Shown here piece after piece: positions 19,404 through 28,513 of a stretch of DNA of 64,000 nucleotides. The stretch is from positions 288,001 to 352,000 of the forward strand of contig CAVVHE010000008.1 of the NCBI GenBank assembly GCA_963748015.1, in the 5' to 3' direction. Each line of letters begins with the position of its first letter. The stretch's first letter is position 1. Position numbers and translations under genes: made by a program. The DNA comes from Terriglobia bacterium. Lineage in GTDB: Bacteria; Acidobacteriota; Polarisedimenticolia; Polarisedimenticolales; JAIQFR01. The notes below the pieces were generated by a model, which saw only the letters and a list, made by a program, of their open reading frames with translations, had not been told where the DNA came from and did no database searches.

Positions 19404-19691
19404 CTATCCCCCGATGAAGTAGCGGTTCTTCGCGCGCTCGCCGGTGCAGCAACAGCACTCGATCGTGATGGCGGATCTGTTGCCGCCATCCACGCAGACG
19501 CCGATGACGTAAGGCGTTTCGCCGCAGGCGCTCGTACACGCGTAGTGCCTGCACTTCATGATGTCCATCCTGTCGTGCTTGAACGGATCCGGGGTCCTCA
19601 CCGGGCCGTCATCCGCGATCGCCCACACGCCGACGACCAAGACCGAGACGACTCCCGCTACGAGGCCCAGACGCCTCCAAGACAATCTCAT
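19404..19691 (-). CDS. Small secreted Cys-rich peptide with a defensin-like (CS-alpha-beta) Cys pattern
   Basis: GGAGG RBS; signal peptide; acidic spacer; C-x4-CxxxC...GVC...CCCC (8 Cys). Confidence 0.7.
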   Translation of the reverse strand: MRLSWRRLGLVAGVVSVLVVGVWAIADDGPVRTPDPFKHDRMDIMKCRHYACTSACGETPYVIGVCVDGGNRSAITIECCCCTGERAKNRYFIGG

Positions 19692-19848
19692 GAGTCCTCC
19701 TGTGCCGCGTTCGAACGGCCCTTGGGACATGCCTCCGATCCGCCCTCCGAAGGGACCCTGAGGTCAATATACCGCGGTGATCGCCGCGAGTGTGGAGGGA
19801 CCCGAGGTGTCGACCTACCGACAACCAACCGGTGGCAGCAGGGGTATT

Positions 19849-19867
19849 GATTCCGGCTGTCTCCACC
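19849..19867 (+). mobile_element. Fifth, most degenerate tmRNA-3'-like remnant
   Basis: gattccggctgtctccacc matches gattcccgccgtctccacc at 17/19 positions; intergenic. Confidence 0.4.
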
Positions 19868-19976
19868 GACGCTCCCGCGTACGCCCCGGCCTGCGGCATG
19901 CGCGGGGATGATACGCTCTACCCCGGCGCAAGGAGGCTCGAGCCGCGATCCGCCCTCGTCGGAAGGGAGACCCGCC

Positions 19977-21122
19977 ATGACGCAAGGCGCCCCCCTCGAC
20001 CAAGTCGAGGCCCTCGAGGTCGGGCCGCTCGACCGGATCGACGCGATCGTCGTCCGTCTCCCGTTCGTCAGTCCCTTCGGGACGAGCGTCCACACCTGGA
20101 CGTGCAAGGAGGCCCTGCTGCTTCGCATCGAGGCCGGCGGGATCGTCGGCTGGGGAGAGTGCGTCGCCGACCCCGATCCTTACTACGCCAGCGAGACGAC
20201 GACCACGGCCCGGCACATCGTCCGGGACTTCCTCCTCCCGTGCGTCGAGCCCGGCTCGACGCTCGGCGCGATCGCCTCACGATTCCACAAGGTCCGCGGC
20301 CACGAGATGGCCAAGGCGACCGTCGAGAACGCCCTGCTCGACCTCCTCGCGAAGCGCGCCGGGCTCCCGCTCCACGAGCTCCTCGGCTTTCCCCGGCGCC
20401 GCATCCCCTCGGGAATCAGCATCGGCCTGCAGGATACGGTCGAGGCCCTGCTGGCCGCGGTCGCCGAGGCCGTCGAGCGCGGCTATCACCGGGTCAAGAT
20501 GAAGATCATGCGCGGCCGGGACGTCGCCTGGGTCCGCGCCGTGCGGGAGCGGTTCCCGGACCTCCAGCTCATGGCCGACGCGAACGGCGACTACCGGCTG
20601 GAGGACGCCGACCACCTCGCGCAGCTCGACCCGTTCCGCCTGACGATGATCGAGCAGCCGCTCTCGTACGCCGACATCGTGCAGCACGCGACGCTGCAGC
20701 GCCGCCTGGCGACGCCGCTCTGCCTCGACGAGTCGATCCACAACCTCGACGACGCGTCCTCCGCCCTCGATCTGGGAGCGTGCCGGATCCTCAACGTCAA
20801 GCAGGGGCGCGTCGGCGGCCTGCTGGAGTCCGTCCGCATCGCCGCGGCCTGCGCCGCGAGGGGCGTCCCCGTGTGGTCCGGCGGCATGGACGAGACGGGG
20901 ATCGGCCGGGCGGTCAACATCCATCTCCAGACCGCGTCGGGGTTCACGCTCCCCGGCGACACCTCGGAGACCTGCCGCTACTTCCACGAGGACATCGTCG
21001 AGCCGCCGGTCGTCCTGGACGCCGACGGGTTCATCGAGGTCCCACCCGGCCCCGGGATCGGCGTGACCGTGCTCGAGGAGCGTGTCTCGAAGTACCGGAT
21101 CGACGAGGAGCGGCTGCGCTAG
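19977..21122 (+). CDS. menC: o-succinylbenzoate synthase / N-succinylamino acid racemase (enolase superfamily)
   Basis: GWGECVA; RVKMKI; MADANG; IEQPL; CLDESI; NVKQGRVGG; TLPGDTS. Confidence 0.85.
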   Translation: MTQGAPLDQVEALEVGPLDRIDAIVVRLPFVSPFGTSVHTWTCKEALLLRIEAGGIVGWGECVADPDPYYASETTTTARHIVRDFLLPCVEPGSTLGAIASRFHKVRGHEMAKATVENALLDLLAKRAGLPLHELLGFPRRRIPSGISIGLQDTVEALLAAVAEAVERGYHRVKMKIMRGRDVAWVRAVRERFPDLQLMADANGDYRLEDADHLAQLDPFRLTMIEQPLSYADIVQHATLQRRLATPLCLDESIHNLDDASSALDLGACRILNVKQGRVGGLLESVRIAAACAARGVPVWSGGMDETGIGRAVNIHLQTASGFTLPGDTSETCRYFHEDIVEPPVVLDADGFIEVPPGPGIGVTVLEERVSKYRIDEERLR

Positions 21123-21210
21123 GAGCGGCGGCGGACACCGCGGGGGAGAAACGGCTGGCGCGTCCCCACGAGTGACCGTATGAACAACCCAGCGGAAGGA
21201 GGCGACACCC

Positions 21211-23397
21211 ATGGGCGCGCACCCGCGTAAGAAGGGGAGCGTTGCGTTCAGCGCACGGCGCCTGGTCATCGTCGGAACCGTTCTCGCCCTCCTCGGATCC
21301 GGCGCCGGCGTCGCCGCCCGGGCGGACGACCGCGCGGCGGCGCGCTACTGCGCCTCCGACGAGAAGTTCTCGTTCACCGTCGAGCATCAGGAGAGCATCC
21401 GCGTTTGCACGGCGATCCCGCTCCACCTCTTCCTCTGGAACCGTAGCGAGCAACTCAAGACCGTTCTCGACAAGGTGGTCGTCCGGTCGGCGTCACGGAA
21501 GAACGACAGGGAGATCCATCTCGGCAACGAGCTGCCCCCGGCGGCAGGGGACCTTGACCGGTTCTGCCGGGAGTGCATCGACGCGCCGACCTGCGGCGAC
21601 GCCGAGCCCTGCGGCGACCTCCACGCGGCGCTCCAGTCGAGCGGATTCGACCTGACCGTGGATGTCCCGCTCGCCGCCGAGGACGAAGGGGTCACCCGGG
21701 AGAATGCCTGCGCCGGCGAGCGAATCGAGATCGAGGCGCACCTCGTCGTGGGGGACGCGCCGGTCGTCCTCCGTCGAACGCTGACCATCCAGGAAGGCGC
21801 TGGCCAGGTCGCGCCCTCCGCGGCCGCAACCCCCGGCGCCGACGCCGGCACCATCGTTCTCGCGGGGCCGCTTCCCCATCCGGCGGGATGGTTCGCGGGC
21901 GACCAGCACTCGCACACGAGCTACGAGAAGGACTCCGGGATCTGCATCTGGGAGTGGCCCGACACGATGGCCGCGATGATCGGCGCCGCCCTGACCATGG
22001 ACCTCGACTGGCAGGTCTTCACCGATCACAGCTTCGGCATCGACGGGACGATCTGGAACAGCGCCTACAACGAGTGCGCGACGTACAACAGCCAGCACCC
22101 GGGCGACAGCTACCGGTGCCTCTACGGCGAGGAGGTATCCGCCGGCAACCGCAGCGGCCAGTTCACCATATCGCACCTGCTCCAGCTCCCGAAAAACGCC
22201 GACAACGTCGGTTACTACGCCGACGGCTGCGGCTTGCTGTGCAACAACTGCAAGGCGGAGCAGACGGTCGTCAACGACATCAACAACAAGGGGGGGATGA
22301 GCTTCATCAACCACCCGTACGACACGGATTTCTCCTGGGCCAACTGGAGCGTGACGGGGTACCGGGGGCTCGAGGTCCTGAACAGCGTCGACGGGGCGTG
22401 GGGAGCCGAGGACGAAAGCTCCTTCACCAAATGGAAGGACCTCCTGTCGAGCGGAAGAAACGTCGTGGGGCTGTCGGACAGCGACGCCCACTACGCGACG
22501 GACGTCGGCCACGCGTTCACGTACTGCCGGCTGGCCGAGATGAGCACCGCCGCGATCCGCACGGCCCTCGCCGAGGGTCGATGCGTCTTCGGGAACGGCC
22601 CCCTCGTCAATTTCGGAATCGAGGGGCAGGGGATCGGCGACACGCTGGCGGCGTGCCCCGGCACGGTCACCCTCTCGATCGACGCGTATCGCGGCGACGG
22701 CACGATGGGCTATCTGGACTCCATCGGTGTCTACGTGAACGGGTCGCTCCGCGACACGATCCCGTTCGCCGCCGACCTAGCCGAGTTCCACGGCACGCGG
22801 CAGCTCGACCTGACGAGCGCCGATCGTTACCTGTACCTCGGGGTCCAGAACCGCGGCGCCGCGAGGACGACCAAGGCGTGGACGAACCCGCTCTGGCTGT
22901 CCGTGAGCCCCGACAACGGTCCCGACGCCGACGGGGACACGTACACGACCTGCGAGAACGACTGCAACGACGGCGATCCCGCGGTCCATCCGGGAGCGCC
23001 GGAGCTGTGCGATCTCGTGGACAACGATTGCGACGGGGCGACGGACGAGGGCTTCGCCGTGCCGGCCGGGGCGACGGGCCTTCTCTTCGAGGCGAACAAG
23101 CAGACGATGGGATGGAGCGCGGTGCTCCTGGCGGATCGATACGACGTCGTCGGGGGCGATCTCCTAGCTCTGCTCTCGAGCGGCGGGGATTTCACCTCGA
23201 CCGTCACGAGCTGCATCGAGAACGACGGCGCCGACGCCCTCGCCGGCGACCCGCTGGAGCCCGGGCCGGGCCAGGGCTTCTACTACCTCGTGCGGGCGCA
23301 GGCCGCCTGCAAGAGCGGCACGTTCAACTCGGAGCCGCCCGGCCAGGCGGGCGACAGGGATACCGAGATCGCAGCCTCTTCCCACGCGTGTCCGTGA
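21211..23397 (+). CDS. Secreted CehA/McbA-type (PHP-like) metallohydrolase with a MopE-like motif and a C-terminal 'FYYLVR' domain
   Basis: GDQHSHT; FTDHS; GEEVS; INHPY; SDSDAH; DCNDGDPAVHPGAPELCDLVDNDCDG. Confidence 0.8.
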   Translation: MGAHPRKKGSVAFSARRLVIVGTVLALLGSGAGVAARADDRAAARYCASDEKFSFTVEHQESIRVCTAIPLHLFLWNRSEQLKTVLDKVVVRSASRKNDREIHLGNELPPAAGDLDRFCRECIDAPTCGDAEPCGDLHAALQSSGFDLTVDVPLAAEDEGVTRENACAGERIEIEAHLVVGDAPVVLRRTLTIQEGAGQVAPSAAATPGADAGTIVLAGPLPHPAGWFAGDQHSHTSYEKDSGICIWEWPDTMAAMIGAALTMDLDWQVFTDHSFGIDGTIWNSAYNECATYNSQHPGDSYRCLYGEEVSAGNRSGQFTISHLLQLPKNADNVGYYADGCGLLCNNCKAEQTVVNDINNKGGMSFINHPYDTDFSWANWSVTGYRGLEVLNSVDGAWGAEDESSFTKWKDLLSSGRNVVGLSDSDAHYATDVGHAFTYCRLAEMSTAAIRTALAEGRCVFGNGPLVNFGIEGQGIGDTLAACPGTVTLSIDAYRGDGTMGYLDSIGVYVNGSLRDTIPFAADLAEFHGTRQLDLTSADRYLYLGVQNRGAARTTKAWTNPLWLSVSPDNGPDADGDTYTTCENDCNDGDPAVHPGAPELCDLVDNDCDGATDEGFAVPAGATGLLFEANKQTMGWSAVLLADRYDVVGGDLLALLSSGGDFTSTVTSCIENDGADALAGDPLEPGPGQGFYYLVRAQAACKSGTFNSEPPGQAGDRDTEIAASSHACP

Positions 23398-23454
23398 GGG
23401 TAGGGCACCGCCGGGAGTGCGCGCGGGAGTTCCCCGTGTCGGCGCGTCGCCGTC

Positions 23455-25575
23455 CTACGTCTTCTTCGCGGTCTCCGCGAGCGCGTCCTTCAAACGCTTC
23501 GGCGTGATCGGCAAGCGCATCATCCTCGCGCCGCAGGCGTCGAAGATCGCGTTCGAGAGCACGCCGCCCATCGGGACGATCGCCGGCTCGCCGCCGCCCT
23601 GGGGCGGGACGTCGTCGTTCTTCACGAGGACCGTCTCGATTCTCGGGAGCCAGGAGAAGCGCGGCAAATCGTACGTGTCGAAGTTCCGGTCGAGGATTTC
23701 GCCACCCTTGAACCGCAGCTCTTCGGTGAGCACGTACCCCAGGCCCTGGGTGATGCACCCCTCCATCTGCATCGCCGCGCCGTCGGGGTTGACGACGATC
23801 CCCATGTCCTGGGCGCAGACGACGCGCTCGACCCTGACGGTTCCCTTCTCGCGGTCCACCTTCACCTCGGCCATGAGCGCCGCGTAGGTGCCCGCGTCGA
23901 TGCCGCAGGCGATGCCGACGCCGCGGCCGCTCGGGGCGGGGGAGGGCTTCCAGCCGAACTTCTGCGCGGCCGCCTTCAGGACGCCGATCATCCGCTCGTC
24001 CTTCAGGTTCCGGAGCCGGAACTCGAGCGGGTCCACCCCGGCCGTCGAGGCCATGACGTCGACGTGCGACTCGCGCGCCCAGACGTTCATGTTCGCGCCC
24101 GGCGCGCGCCAGGGCCCGACGCCGAAGCGGTGCTTGTCCGCGCCCTGGCCCATCCAGCTGCCGGACACGCGCAGCCGCGTGTTCGGCACGTCGTAGAAGA
24201 ACTCCGTGCTCCGCTCGCCCGCGTACCACACGGTGTAGTCCCACATCGTGATCTTGCCGCCCGCGTCGACCGCCGACTCGATCCTCACGATGCTCGCCGG
24301 ATCGAACGTGTCGTGGAAGAACTCCTCCGCGCGCGTCCAGGCGACCATCACCGGCTTGCCCGAGAGGACGGCGAGCCTAGCGGCCTCCTCGGCCTGGAGC
24401 CCCGCGGACTTGCCGCCGAAGCCGCCGCCGACGTACGGCGTGATCACGCGGACGTTCTTCGGGTCGAGGCCAAGCGCGCCGGCGATACGGTCGTGCGTCG
24501 GGAACGGCGTCTGCGTCGACGCCCAGATCGTGAGCTTGCCGTCCTTCAGCTCGGCGGCCGCGGTGTGCGGCTCCATCGGGGCATGGGCGACGTAGCCCTT
24601 GCGATAGGTCCGGTCGAAGAGCTTCCCTCCGCCGCCGCGCGCCGCCTGGACGTCGCCCTTCGTCCCCCTCGCCTCCGGCTCGCCCGCGCGCTTCAGCAGG
24701 TCGTCGAAGATGCCGTCCTGGTCCGCGCCGGGCGGCGCCGCGCTCCAGCTCGCCTTGACCGCGCCGAGCGCCTTCGCCGCCGTCTCGGGGTCGGCGTGCA
24801 GCACCGCGACGAGGCCGTCCTTGTCGACGACCGTCACGCCGCTCATCCTGGCGGCGGCCGAGGTGTCGGCCTTCTCGAGCTTCGCGCCGTGCGCCGGGGG
24901 GCGCAGGATCCGCGCGTAGAGCATTCCGGGAAGGCGGACGTCGCCCGCGTACTTCCCCGAGCCCGTCACCTTGTCCCTCGCGTCGAGCCGCTTCGGCGAC
25001 CGTCCCATCTCCTTGAAACCGGCGACCGAGCGAAGGACCGCCTTCTCGCCGAGCGTCCGGCTGATCGTCTTCCCCTGGGCCAGCTCGCCGTAAGTGACGC
25101 GGCGCTTCGGGTCGTCCTTGACGGACACGACGCCGTCGACGACGACGAGCCCCTCCTTCGCGACCCCGAGGCGCTCGGCGGCGAGCTCGAGCATCACGCC
25201 GCGCGCCTCGGCGCACGCCGCCCGGAGCGCCGGGCCGAACATGCGCGTCGTGAGCGAGCCAAACGTCCCCATGTCCCAGGGGCAGCGGTCGGTGTCGCCG
25301 AGGACCATGTCGACGGACCGCAGCGACACCCCCAGCTCGTCGGCGGCCATCTGCGCCTGCGACGTCATGACCCCCTGGCCCATCTCGATCTTGCCGGAGA
25401 AGACGGTCACGCGGCCGTCCTCCGCGATGCGGAGATACACGTTGAAGTCGGTGGGGTAGCCGCGCCTTCGCTCCTGGCCGAACAGGTTCCCCGCCGGGAG
25501 GCTCACGAACACGAAGATGCCCCCGCCGAGGAGCTTCATGAAGGAGCGGCGATCCAGGTCGCGCGGGGAGGTCAT
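23455..25575 (-). CDS. Molybdopterin-binding subunit, isoquinoline 1-oxidoreductase beta-like (xanthine dehydrogenase family)
   Basis: Tat-like DRRSFMK; KIEMGQG; HAPMEP; VGGGFGGK; WRAPG; GGGEPAI. Confidence 0.9.
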   Translation of the reverse strand: MTSPRDLDRRSFMKLLGGGIFVFVSLPAGNLFGQERRRGYPTDFNVYLRIAEDGRVTVFSGKIEMGQGVMTSQAQMAADELGVSLRSVDMVLGDTDRCPWDMGTFGSLTTRMFGPALRAACAEARGVMLELAAERLGVAKEGLVVVDGVVSVKDDPKRRVTYGELAQGKTISRTLGEKAVLRSVAGFKEMGRSPKRLDARDKVTGSGKYAGDVRLPGMLYARILRPPAHGAKLEKADTSAAARMSGVTVVDKDGLVAVLHADPETAAKALGAVKASWSAAPPGADQDGIFDDLLKRAGEPEARGTKGDVQAARGGGGKLFDRTYRKGYVAHAPMEPHTAAAELKDGKLTIWASTQTPFPTHDRIAGALGLDPKNVRVITPYVGGGFGGKSAGLQAEEAARLAVLSGKPVMVAWTRAEEFFHDTFDPASIVRIESAVDAGGKITMWDYTVWYAGERSTEFFYDVPNTRLRVSGSWMGQGADKHRFGVGPWRAPGANMNVWARESHVDVMASTAGVDPLEFRLRNLKDERMIGVLKAAAQKFGWKPSPAPSGRGVGIACGIDAGTYAALMAEVKVDREKGTVRVERVVCAQDMGIVVNPDGAAMQMEGCITQGLGYVLTEELRFKGGEILDRNFDTYDLPRFSWLPRIETVLVKNDDVPPQGGGEPAIVPMGGVLSNAIFDACGARMMRLPITPKRLKDALAETAKKT

Positions 25576-26048
25576 GGCTTGCCTCCCGCCGGGCGCGACA
25601 CCGACTCGATCGCGGCGACGATCCTCTGGTGCGCGCCGCAGCGGCAGAGGTTGTTCTCCATCCCCTCGACGATCTCCGCGCGAGAAGGGTGGGGGTGCTT
25701 CGCGAGGAGGCCGGCCGCGTTCAGGATCATGCCGGGGGTGCAGTAGCCGCACTGGAACCCGCCGTGCTCCACGAACGCCTTCTGGAGCGGGTGCAGCTCG
25801 TCTCCCTTCGCGAGCCCCTCGATCGTCGTGACCGACTTCCCCGCGACGTCCCTGAGCGGCAACTGGCAGGAGCGAACGGCGCTCCCGTCCACGAGCACGG
25901 TGCACGAGCCGCAGATTCCCTCGCCGCAGCCGTACTTCGTTCCCGTCAGCTCGAGGTCGGTGCGAAGGACCCAGAGAAGCGTGCGGTCCGGGTCGGAGTC
26001 GAGGGTGAGCGGACGGCCGTTCAAGACGAACCGGATCGACTTCGCCAT
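25572..26048 (-). CDS. (2Fe-2S)-binding subunit, IorA/CoxS-like
   Basis: GTKYGCGEGICGSCTV; QCGYCTPG; NLCRCG. Confidence 0.95.
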   Translation of the reverse strand: MAKSIRFVLNGRPLTLDSDPDRTLLWVLRTDLELTGTKYGCGEGICGSCTVLVDGSAVRSCQLPLRDVAGKSVTTIEGLAKGDELHPLQKAFVEHGGFQCGYCTPGMILNAAGLLAKHPHPSRAEIVEGMENNLCRCGAHQRIVAAIESVSRPAGGKP

Positions 26049-26250
26049 GCGCGTCCTCCTTCGGGCGGGCGGAAATTGAGCCCCATCGTACCGAAGGCAG
26101 CGCTCCCGAGGCAACGGCGGCGGCGGGCGGTCCGGGACGGCTCCCTTGCGCCGGAAATCCGCCAGAAGCTACCCTCCACGCTCACCCGGGGGAGCGAGAC
26201 CCGAAGCCGGATGCCCGGGGCCCGGCGATCGCCGTTTCGATCGACCTGAA

Positions 26251-27582
26251 ATGAGCACACGCGCGCGCGCACCCGAGACCCTCACCGAGCGGGACGTCCT
26301 TCGTTTCTGGGCGCCCCTGGCCGCCACGTGGCTCATGATGTCGGTCGAAGGGCCCTTGATCGCGGCGATCATCGCCCGCCTCGGCGATCCCGAGTACAAC
26401 CTGGCCGCCTACGGGGTCGCCTTCTCCTTCGCGCTGGTCATCGAGTCGCCGATCGTCATGGCTCTGAGCGCCGCGACGGCGCTGGTGCGCGACCGCCAGT
26501 CCTTCCTGACCCTGCGGCGGTTCATCTACTCGCTCAACGTCCTCGTCACGGCGGGAATGGTCGTCCTCCTCGTGCCTCCCGTTTTCCGGTGGGTTACGAC
26601 CGAGCTCGTCCGCCTGCCCGTGCCGGTCGCGCGGCTGACGTATCTGGCGACGGCCGTGCTGTTGCCCTGGCCGGCGGCGATCGGGTACCGGCGGTTCTAC
26701 CAGGGGGTGCTCGTCCGCCACAAGCTGACCCGGCGGGTGGCCTACGGCACCGTGGTGAGACTGACGACGATGACGGCCGTCGCCCTGCTCCTCGACGCCC
26801 TCACGCCGCTCCCCGGCGTGTGCGTCGGCGCGGCCGCGCTGTCGGCCGGAGTCGTCCTGGAGGCCGCGGCGACCCGCCTGATGGCCCGCGGTGTCGTGAA
26901 AGAGATTCTGACGGCTCCGGCGTCGCGCGACGAACGGGTCCCGCACCTGACGACGAGGCGCGTCGTGTGGTTCTACTATCCGCTGGCGCTGACCTCGCTC
27001 CTGTCCTTCGGGATCAACCCGCTCTTGAGCCTCTTCCTGGCGCGCGGCCGGCTGCCGATCGAGTCGCTGGCTGTCCTGCCCGTCGTGATGTCGCTGATGT
27101 TCCTGTTTCGCAGCGGCGGCATCGCGTACCAGGAAGTCTGCATCGCTCTCCTGGGAGATCGCCGAGAGCACTACCGGCCGCTCGCGGCCTTCGCCCGGAA
27201 GACAGGCGGCCTGCTGGCGCTGGGCCTGGCGGTCGTCGCCTTCACCCCCTTGGCGACCTTCTGGTTCGAGCGCGTGTCCGGGCTGTCCGCCGAGCTGGCC
27301 TCGCTCGCGGTGCTTCCCATCCGGATCCTGGCGCTCATGCCGGCGCTCGAGGTCCTCCTGTCTCTCGAGCGGGGCGTGCTCGTCCACGCGCATCGCACTC
27401 GCCTGATCACGTGGGCGACCGCCGTCGAGGTCGCGACGGTGATCGGCGTGCTGTACGTCGGTGTCGCCGGCTTCGACCTGGTGGGCATCGTCGCGGCGGC
27501 CGCGGGCCTGCTATTCGGCCGGATCGCCTCGACGGGATTCCTGTGGCGACCGGCCCTGGGCAGGGAGGGACGCGGCGCGTGA
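26251..27582 (+). CDS. MATE/MOP-like polytopic membrane protein
   Basis: About 12 hydrophobic segments; FWAPLAATWLMMSVEGP. Confidence 0.75.
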   Translation: MSTRARAPETLTERDVLRFWAPLAATWLMMSVEGPLIAAIIARLGDPEYNLAAYGVAFSFALVIESPIVMALSAATALVRDRQSFLTLRRFIYSLNVLVTAGMVVLLVPPVFRWVTTELVRLPVPVARLTYLATAVLLPWPAAIGYRRFYQGVLVRHKLTRRVAYGTVVRLTTMTAVALLLDALTPLPGVCVGAAALSAGVVLEAAATRLMARGVVKEILTAPASRDERVPHLTTRRVVWFYYPLALTSLLSFGINPLLSLFLARGRLPIESLAVLPVVMSLMFLFRSGGIAYQEVCIALLGDRREHYRPLAAFARKTGGLLALGLAVVAFTPLATFWFERVSGLSAELASLAVLPIRILALMPALEVLLSLERGVLVHAHRTRLITWATAVEVATVIGVLYVGVAGFDLVGIVAAAAGLLFGRIASTGFLWRPALGREGRGA

Positions 27583-27597
27583 CCGAAGAACGCGGCG

Positions 27598-27633
27598 AAA
27601 AAAGGCAAGGGCGGCCGAAGCGGCCGCCCTTGC
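27598..27633 (-). terminator. Rho-independent terminator of the outer-membrane protein gene
   Basis: gcaagggcggccg-aag-cggccgcccttgc hairpin followed by a U-tract on the minus strand. Confidence 0.8.
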
Positions 27634-27657
27634 TCTCCTCGGCTGGACTGCGTCAGC

Positions 27658-28350
27658 CTAGAACTTCCAGCCGATCTCGAGGCGATAGGTGATGACGTCG
27701 AAGGTCCCGGCGTTGCCGCCGAAATCCTGCCAGTTGTCGTTGAGCCCGAGGCGAAGGAAGACGTTGCTCTTCGGCTCGAACCTCAAGCCGGCGCCGAGCC
27801 CGTAGTTGAACGCGCTGGTCGAATAGGTGCTCTGGTAGGCCCCGCATATGTATCCGTACCAGGGATCCCACCAGCAGGTTCCGTAGCTGGGGCCGGACGG
27901 GATGTTCGAGTCCACCCAGTTCCAGCCGACGCCGGCGGAGACGTACGGCGTGAAGGAACTCGCCATGAAGTTGTAGGTGAGGTTGAACTGGGTCGACGCC
28001 ATGTCCAGGTATCCCGACGCGGTCGCGAACTCGTTTTCCGCATCATTGGTCCCGATCGTCGCGTTGTAGCTCGCGCTGCTCCACGCGAACTCCATGTTGA
28101 TGTTGATCTTCTCGGTCATGTTGTAGCCGAGGCCGAAGCCCCACCCGAGATCGTCGTTGACGTCGATGGACGTGCCGTGGCCGGTGTCGAACGTCTGGCC
28201 GCCGTAAAAGCGCACCGGCAACGTGAACTCCCACGTCTCCGTGCGGTTGCTCTCCCTGCCCGCCGCCAGGACCGTGGAGACATCGGCCGCGACCCAGACC
28301 GTCGCGACCGCCAACAGCAGGACTATTCCCAAAGAAAACCTACTCCTCAT
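27658..28350 (-). CDS. Outer-membrane beta-barrel protein
   Basis: Signal peptide; TPYVSAGVG; C-terminal LEIGWKF. Confidence 0.85.
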   Translation of the reverse strand: MRSRFSLGIVLLLAVATVWVAADVSTVLAAGRESNRTETWEFTLPVRFYGGQTFDTGHGTSIDVNDDLGWGFGLGYNMTEKININMEFAWSSASYNATIGTNDAENEFATASGYLDMASTQFNLTYNFMASSFTPYVSAGVGWNWVDSNIPSGPSYGTCWWDPWYGYICGAYQSTYSTSAFNYGLGAGLRFEPKSNVFLRLGLNDNWQDFGGNAGTFDVITYRLEIGWKF

Positions 28351-28513
28351 GAGCCCTCCTCCTGTGCCCGAGCCGTCCTCGGCGAAGTGTTTCCGGGCGT
28401 CCCCGGATGCGGGATACTATCCCAGATCGCGCGGGTTCTACAAGAACGGGGGGCGCGGCGACGACGACGGCCCGCCTCGAGGGCCGGCCGGCGCCCCCAA
28501 GCGAGGTGTTCCC

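Noticed and set aside
19977..21122. Menaquinone biosynthesis cluster
   Set aside because: No other men genes are nearby; this subfamily is often an N-succinylamino acid racemase.
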